From positions 1-42,815 of the IMG/VR virus record IMGVR_UViG_3300032243_001325: a stretch of DNA of 42,815 nucleotides, one strand, 5' to 3'. The translations under genes and the position numbers were made by a program. Numbering within the stretch: the stretch's first letter is position 1; the number at the start of each line of letters is the position of its first letter. The stretch comes from a virus (lineage: Duplodnaviria; Caudoviricetes). Of this stretch, positions 15,001-24,000 are shown piece by piece. The notes under the pieces were generated by a model. It saw only the letters and a program-made list of their open reading frames with translations, had not been told where the DNA came from and searched no databases.

Positions 15001-18000
15001 TAGATCAAATTGAATGCAAGATTCTGCACGTGATACGGCTTGACTTCGTTGAGATAATCCAGGACAAAGGTTTGATTATCTGGTTGATATAATTGATATG
15101 GTAAAAGTCCACGTATCACGTGGTTAACATCGATGTAGCTGGTCTTGACCAACCAATTGGGGCTGGTAAATTCACTGTAGATAAATTGGAAAACCAACAT
15201 TAGACTTCGATTACGTTCAATCAATAAATCGCCAATAAACAATTCTTCATTGATAGCTCGCAAAATTTGTCGTGTTTCGATCACGGGTTCTTGATCAAAG
15301 AACTGTGCATCAAACACCTCGGCATCAAATCCAAATCCGCCCAGGGGGTAATTCCACAGCACTTCACTGAATGCAATAGTGCCATCTTCGAGTCCTACAC
15401 GATCCCATCCGGCGACAGTGCGAAGATAAATTTCAAATTTGCCTTGTCCGTTGGCAGTGACCTTGACACTACTACCAACAGGTGCAGTGGTCAAACTCAA
15501 AGTTTGCAATCCGGCAGTATTGGCCACTGTGGCCACAGGTTGTATGCTACTGTTATATCCTGGCAAGTACCAGTTGATACGATTCCAATACAGAGGTGTA
15601 TCGTAGTTTTGTACCTGCACTAAGTTCAACACACGCAGACCAGTTATGGTAGTACTTTCGGCCACTTGATATATAGCCCAGCGTCCATTTTGATCCGAAT
15701 CAGACAACACCAAATATCGATAACCAATCGGCACCAGCGCAAGATCTTGATAAGATAATATTTCAAGCGTGGCCACTTCGTAATTCCATGCACCGGTGTT
15801 GGCTGCTGGAATTGGTTCACTGCTGTTTAACAAATAAAAATTGCGTGTTTCACTTATAGGATACTGTGCTAATACCGTATTGGCACGAGTCAAATAATTT
15901 TCCAAGGCCTTGAAACGATTGATAAACATGCTTTGACGAGGGCGGAACTCAACACCATACTGCATGCCCGGGCTCAAAGTTGTGTCGGGCACTGTTGCAC
16001 CGGTAGTGGTTACTCCACAGAAGCTGTCCAACAATTTACGATATAAATTATCATTCAGGAACGACTCGGCCTTGCCATCAGCAATAAAAGCATATTCTGT
16101 GTGTATGTCATTTTCGCCGCCTTCGGCCTGTCGGTCATATTCGATATGTAGAATTGTATCAAAAGCCGACAACAAGGTAGTGGCATTGTATATGGCCACA
16201 GCGTTGGCCGACAAGGCAGCTATGTACGGTAACCCACTATTGACAGGATTTAAGATATAACTAGCAACGGCTGTGGGGCTTAGAGTTTTTCCAGCTGCGG
16301 TAGCCACGGTGTTGATTCCGCGAACCCAGAAATAGTAAGTAGTAACCAATAGGCCTTGATCATCAATAGACGAATGCACAGTGTAACTGGTGGTACTAAA
16401 TGGAATACCAGTTCCGGTATAATTAACTGGTGGCACTGAGCTAGCAGTCCATTGATATATGTCAATGGTACTGCCAGGGAACACTTGTCCCCAGCGGCGA
16501 CTGGCGTAAATTAAATTATCTTGATTGGCATCAATAAATCTAACTGAATTAGTGTCCCACCAAATTTCTCCTTCGTGCGCAGGTCCCCAGCTGGTTCCAA
16601 TATTGTGTACTGCCCCAGAATTATAACTGGCCGGGTCAACTGCACCAATGTAATCAATGTTCCTGCGAGCCACGCCTAGAATTTTGCCCTGTAGTGGGTC
16701 AATGTAATCAAAATAAGTCTGTGTGCTGTTCAACAACTTGTCGTATGAATAAACAGAACTGATAAGATTCACGTCTACCATGGGTTGTTGGGTGTAGAGC
16801 ACTTGCCATACTGCTGCGTCGCTGGCATTGTCTAGTACCGAGACTCTTCCATAATTTAAATTGTTGTCGCCATATTCAGCACCAGGCGCACCTACCAATA
16901 ACCGTCCACTTCTGTAGTTGACTGCGGTACCAAATCGATCTCCAGTTTCTAAATCGTTTTGATATACCTGCTGGCCAAAGACAAATTTTCCAGGATTAGA
17001 TATACTGGAATCTGCACTAGGCAAGTAATCATATGTGAATACCACTCCAGAATTATTAGTGTAACCAAAGAAAGTAGTACTGTGTTCGTCAAAATAAGTT
17101 TCACCAGCATCGAATGTGGTGGGTTCGTAGACGTTGCCATTTGGTGCACCTACTACTAAATTAACAGCACCGGTGTTTACGTTCAATGACTCGCCAAAAT
17201 GAGCATAATCAGTAGGCACAGGACTTGTGATAGTCTGTGTGTAGACATAGGTCGTAAATCCAAGATCTGCAAATGCAGTTCCGTTTATACCAGGCAACAC
17301 AGTGAGTTTGTTAAATTCTGCAGCAGCTGCAAGATTGATCACGGTCACAGTCATGCGACCCGACACCACCCGAATTTCAGCGTCGAAAGCAGGTGTAGAC
17401 ACAAAGGCAATTTGTTGAGTATCATTATTGTAGGTATAGTCAACATTGACTGTTTGCAGTACGTTGTCAATGTAGACCAATGTGATGTATTCAGATGCAG
17501 TAGAATAAATGTTGCCAATGTCAAAAATCTTTGTAGTTCCATCGCCCAACAAATACACATCAGATGTAGTCGATGCTTGGGCATTGGGTATGCCAGCAGA
17601 ATTAATGGCCTCTGCTAGTCCGGCCACAGTATTGTCAGGGTATGCAGGCACAGTTACCAACTGATTATTAACACGGATAGTATCCCCGGGAATCAAAATA
17701 GGATTGGCCACAGTGGTGGTTGTTATACCATAAATTCTAGATTGATTTACCTGACGTTGTACCATGCCGGCCTGTATCACACCAGTTGCATCTGAATCAA
17801 ACGGAGCACCTACATACACACTACAATTGTTAGAACAGATGTCAAGGCTTTGTCCAAATTTAGATTCATCAGTTACTGTGTTATTGGCAAATTTTTGCAC
17901 AAACTGGAATTGATTGGTTTCAATTTCCAATGTATCGCCCACAGTCAATGCCAATGAGCTAGATAACACAATGCTGGATCCATTTACGGTAAACTGTCCG

Positions 18001-21000
18001 TTGACATACTGAGCTGTATTGGTCAAATATTGATTGTTTAATACAACTGCCACTGGGTCTGTATGTAGACCCGGAATATCGTAGGTTAGTTGTGAAGCAT
18101 CGCTGATTATATATCGTATCACACTGCGATCGATAGCGTATACAGCGCCTGCACGGGCAACAGTATCGCCAGCGGTATTGTTGGCGCTTTCATATGGTGC
18201 ACCAATTAAAATTTGTGCGCCAGTGCTATCCGTAGTAATGCTGGTTCCAAATCTGGCATCGGTATCAACACCACTGACCGAAATAGAATTTATGTATTGC
18301 CAATAAGATCCAGTACCGGTACCAGATTTAATCAGGATTGTGGCACCTGCTGGTGGTACAGTCAAGAATACCAAACCAACAGTCAGTTGATTAACTGCTT
18401 CTAGGTAAGAACCAGAATCTGTAATCAATTTATTGCCATTAATGGTAACTAAATTAGAATAGGCACTTTCGTTATATGTGTAATCAATATAAGGACGTTG
18501 TAATACATCATTTACCGTGACCGTAAATGAATCATAATCAACTGCGGTATACAGGTACGGTTTCAAATCAAATGTTGTAGTATTGCTGACACCGCTACCG
18601 GTGTAGGTAAATGTAGAAATTTCTCCGCCGACATTGATTCCTGTTACAGTAATGGTAATGTTATTGGCCGCACTTCCTGCGGGATCAACCTGTGTGTAAC
18701 TGATAGTTAATTGATCACCCGAGGCATAACTCTGACCAGGTTCTGTCAGTATAATTGTATAATCGCCGCGAATGTTGACAACAGTAAATGTGGCTCCAGC
18801 GCCGATGCCGGTGGTGCTATTTTCAGTTACATTGTAATAGGTGTTGGAATCCAACTGTACCGATGTGGATCGAAGTATAGTTATTGCGGTTCCTACTGCA
18901 GGAGCCGTTGTAAACAAAACATTAGTGGCAGAGATTGTGTAATCTGTACCGTAGGTTTGCAAGGAATTATTTAGAGTTACTGTCAGCTGACCAGGTCGAG
19001 CAGGATCAATTATAATAGAGTTGCTGTAATTGAATATGCTGGTTGATCCATTACCGGTGTATGATACCGATTGTTCTGGAATGTCAACTCGACCATAAGC
19101 ATAAACTCGATTGGCACCAGGAGCACCGATATACATCCAGTGCTCGTCGTCACTTATCTGCACTGATGTGCCAAACTCTGTGGCTCCAAAATTTTGATCG
19201 GGTGCTACCAGTAATTGTGTTTGTAAATAATTACCGGTACCGGGTATCAAATATAACACAGTCGCATATCCAGCCAAAGAATTACTAGCACTGGCCCCAG
19301 CAACAGCCCAGGTTCTATTGCCAAAGTCTACACTGGCACCGTAACCCGCAGTATCAGGAGTTGTCAACAATATCTCTAGATTTTCAACATATCGATTTGT
19401 GGCATTGGTACCATAGGTGTATACTGCACCTGCTCCATTGGCAGCACCAGGTGCGCCTACAAGTAATGCCAAATGATCAGAACTCTGAGACAAGCTGGTG
19501 CCAAACAAAGAATTGGCTTCTGGGTGTAGAGCTTCCAACGTGCCAATTGATGCAAATGGATCAGTTTTTTCTAGAACTTCCCAGTGCCCAGAGCCGTTGT
19601 CGTCAACCCAGGCAGTAGCACCCGGCACCAGTTGGTTTACGTAGGGCAAGGTCGATACATCACTGGCCTGACTTACCCGCATGGTCTGGAGGTAAAACAC
19701 AATACCTGTACCGGTAATCGTGGTCTGATTAGAATTGTTAAATGCGTATTGGATGACCACGGTGTCGATACTGGGTCTACTCAACACACGATATACGCCA
19801 TCCACTGCCGAACTAAAATAACGAACAATTATTAAGTCGCCCACTGACAGATCAACTGTGGTGCTGAACTGTGCTCGACTGGTGCCGTTGAGATTGTCAG
19901 TTAACTGTGTCAAGCGTCCGGTGACCTGGGCGCACTGATAAATGTTCCAATCGTAACTGTTGTCCTGGGCTACCCAAATTTTGGTACCATTGCCCACAGT
20001 AGACAACTTGGCAGCAATCGAACTGGGATCATTCAAATTGAACACTGTGATATCTACATCATTGATGTTGACATACCCAGCCGACGGCAAGGCTGTGTCT
20101 AGGTTTCTGGTATAGGTTGTGGGCAAGATGTTGGTGTTGGCGATGGCATAACTTTCAGCCCAAAGGTTGCTCAACAATATGGCTTGATCAGCTTCGCTGG
20201 TTTGGCCAGGCTGAACAATTTGGAATGTGCTGGGATTGCCGGTCAACACCGCTTCGTTGAGAGCCACTTCAAACCAACTACGATTGGCCTGGGCTCCGTA
20301 AGTTCCAGCCAGGATACCCCAGTTTTCATATATGTCGTATTGTCCCACTACATTGTTGAAATTGACCTGAGTAAACAGGTCTGTGGCCTGACGTGTACCC
20401 ATGGTTTTAATAAATTGCTGATAGAGATTTACCTGACTAGTGTCAGTCAAATTCAAATCAACCATGTACTGTCTTGGTCTGAATCCAATCAGGCCAAATG
20501 CCAGCAGGTCATTGTCATTGTTGAGATTGGCAGTTTGCGTATCGTAGCTGTTGGCCAACTGATCGGCCTTGGTGGCCAAGTTTTGTAATAAACCCTGCTG
20601 TATACGAGCATAGTTGCTCTTGTACCAGTCTGGGTAGTCAAAGGTTGTTTTGGGTTGTACAATTGTGGCGGCTTGCCAGTAGTTGTTTTTGTAAATGACA
20701 ATGTCGCCCTTGGTATATTTGGTATTGGGTCGCCAGGCAACAACGTTGTTTTGATTCAGGATAAAGCCCTGCGCATTTAATGTACCGTTCCACTGAGTGC
20801 TTGTAGCAGCATTCAGTCTAAGACGATTTTGTCTTTCGGCTGTGACAGTATCGTAAATTAAATCATTAAAGATAGTGGTATTGTCAAATACAACCATGTC
20901 TTCATAGTCAGTAAATTTTAATTGCAGATAACTGATGGTCTGGCTACCGCCCAAGGTTGTGTTAAGAGTAAAGGTATTTCCGCTTCTGCGTATGATTAAA

Positions 21001-24000
21001 TTTCTGGCGTTCAGTGCCTGGCGATTTTGATCCAACAAGAGATTTTCTGGTGTATAGGTTGTGATAGAATCTACCACAGCGCCAGCTCTAAAAGATATCA
21101 ATCGAGTAGCTGATGGATTTAAGTTGATAATAGTTCCAGTGGCCCAGCCTTGGTTGGCAAAGTATAGGAATTCCTGGGCCATTTGAAGCCAGTTCAAGGT
21201 ATAGCCATTTTCTCTTGTGGTAAATGTCAACCCTTGACTAGTCAGGTATTGACCGTAACTCAGCAAGAAATCAACCACGCTGGTCAAATTGGTAAATGTA
21301 TAACCGTAAGGTATCTGTACCACACGATCAGTGTATTGACTAGGCACAGTGACTGAAATGTTTCCACCAGTTAAAGTCTGTGTGGCCCCGGCTATTTTAC
21401 TAGATAGGATACTAAAATAAGGATTGGTGGTGCTGTAGCCATACACGCTGTAACCACCTTCAACTACCTCCACAATCACAGCACTGTAATTTATGCGATT
21501 GAACGGTTGATTTTTGTACAGCAACAAGTTGTAACTTTCAGGAGGAATCAATTGGCTGGCATTTTGACTTTGGGGGCTACCTTTTTCCAAATATACAGCA
21601 AGATTTTGTTGAGTCACAAATGCAGCAGCGCGATAACATAGTCTGACGTCAAGATTGGCCAGGTCGGTTGTGAGCGCATCGGTGCTGTTGATTCCCAACT
21701 GCTGATTGTAGTCCACAATCCAGTTGATATAACTGGCCTTGCTGATGCCGTTGCCATAGACTTGGATATTTTGTGGTTGTATTCTGTAACGACCATTGTA
21801 AAGATATTGATCCAATTCTGCATCATACTTGTATAGATCTCGATCAGCAAACAAGCTGAAAAATTCTGCTGGACGTGTTAAGATTAACAAGCGCATGACA
21901 GCAAACGGATAGCTGCTACTCGTCCACCATGATGCTTCTACTGGGCCACCGTCGCCCACTGTCCAACTCTTAACAAACCCTTGTGGATTATAGGCACCCA
22001 TTACACTGTAAAATGGTGGCAACAACTGGCCTTGACTGTCGACCGGAATTACATCGGTTAATCCTGGACGACGATATTTTGGTATAACATAAGGAGCCAC
22101 AGGATCTGCCACCAAGCCAGCTGCCAAGTCGTCCCATAAAACCAAGTTGTCACTGGTATAAGGTACCGGACCATAACGATCAGTCCACCAGACAGGTTGT
22201 TCGCTGAAGCCTAGCATTTCCCACGGTGTGGTATTTGGAGTCATGGTATCGTAGAAGTAACGATAAATTCCACGCCATGCACCCAGTAAAGGTTCTTGAT
22301 CAAGTCTATTACCGGCCTGACTGTAGTTGTAGGTATAAGGATTATCGGCTATGTAGGTTTGTGTTGTATAGTCCAACTTGTTGGCGCCGACCCAGGCTAA
22401 GAAATTTTCTCCGAGAATCTGATTAATCTCGGCCTGTGTGTATTGTGTGGTACGGAAATAACCAGGAATTACATCTTCGGCCACCAGGGGAGGAGGATTT
22501 CCATCATTTTTAAGATTACTGAAAATTCTCTTTTCAAATTCTAATAGCACTTGATCACGTATGTCACCAAAGGCCACAGTAATTGATCCGTCGTGTCCTT
22601 GTATCACCGGTGTGGGATTTACATAATCTGTATCCAAGAAAATCTTAGGTTCGTACTTGGGATATAGTCCCAGCTTGGTAGGTGTATTAGGAACAAAGTT
22701 TCCAGCAGTATCAGAGTATTCAGTGATGGTAACTACGTCACCTATGTTTAGCGCAACAAGAATAGTCAGGGTTGGACCTTCAGTGCTAACCACATAATCA
22801 TATTCACGGGTCAGCAACACATTGTTGATGTATACACACAGTCCTAGATAATTTGACGTGGTAAAATCATAAGTCTGTACGGTGTTAAACTTGTTAGTGG
22901 TTATAGGACTAACAGTATAACTGTTTGAAGTGAACACTGTGCCAGTGGGCAACATATCACTCCAGTAAAATGGATTGAGATTGGTACGACCCGCGGTAAT
23001 CTGTGCTATACTGGCATCCAACAGTTGAGCCACAGTCCAGTTATCATAATCGGCAATGCCAAAAGTGGTCACAGCATTTAATAACTGTGATTTGAATTTG
23101 ATATATTCTGTGCTGTTATAGGCCAGCGAGGCAAAAATATCGTAGTTGGCATCGCGCATGAAATACCCGGTCAGGGTCATAGGCGAACTTTGTTGTAAGA
23201 TCTGCAGACCGTACGGAACAATATTACCCAGGTCTCTAGTATTATTGGCACCAATCACTGGACCTGACAAGCCAATAAGATTTTCAGCAATGGTTGTATA
23301 GTGATTGCGTATGGTACCTAGAGTAAACTGATTGCTGTTGTTGTTCAGCGGATTGTTTTCCAAGTTAATGGGCACTTCATAGAATCCCTGCACACTGATT
23401 TGATCACTAAGCACAGATACTTCAATTAGGTCTCCTGGCACATAGGTAGTCAACAAATTGATCGTGGTTGTGTTGGTTCCGACTGTGTATTGATAATTGT
23501 AACTTTCTTGGAATTTACCATTGGCAAATATTTGTATGGCTGGTACAGTGTTGTTATCGTTGACAGCAACGTCTAATAATAACGGACTACCATCATAGGT
23601 AAACTGGAACTGTTGACGTACCAGACTAGGTGTGATGGCGGTTTGCCAGCCAATTTCTCGTTCAAATGTTACACGGTTGCTGTATTGACGCACAAATCCT
23701 GTGCTCAATGACTGCGTTTTTCCAGCACTATTGATAGTATAGGTAAATGAATCCTTGTAGAAATTGTTGTCAAAAACAATGTCGCCGATATTGGTCAAAC
23801 TCAAATATGTCAGTGGAAATCCCAAAATAAGATCCGGCACAGCATTGCCAATGGCGTAGCTGAACAAAGGACTACCTGTAAAGTTTGAACTGGGATAAAC
23901 TGCTCTATTGCTAAAGCTAATTCCGTTGCTGTCATAGATATCAAACAATGGAGGTTGGTTAACACTGATCTTTTGTTGTGCTTGAATCCAATTCACACCA

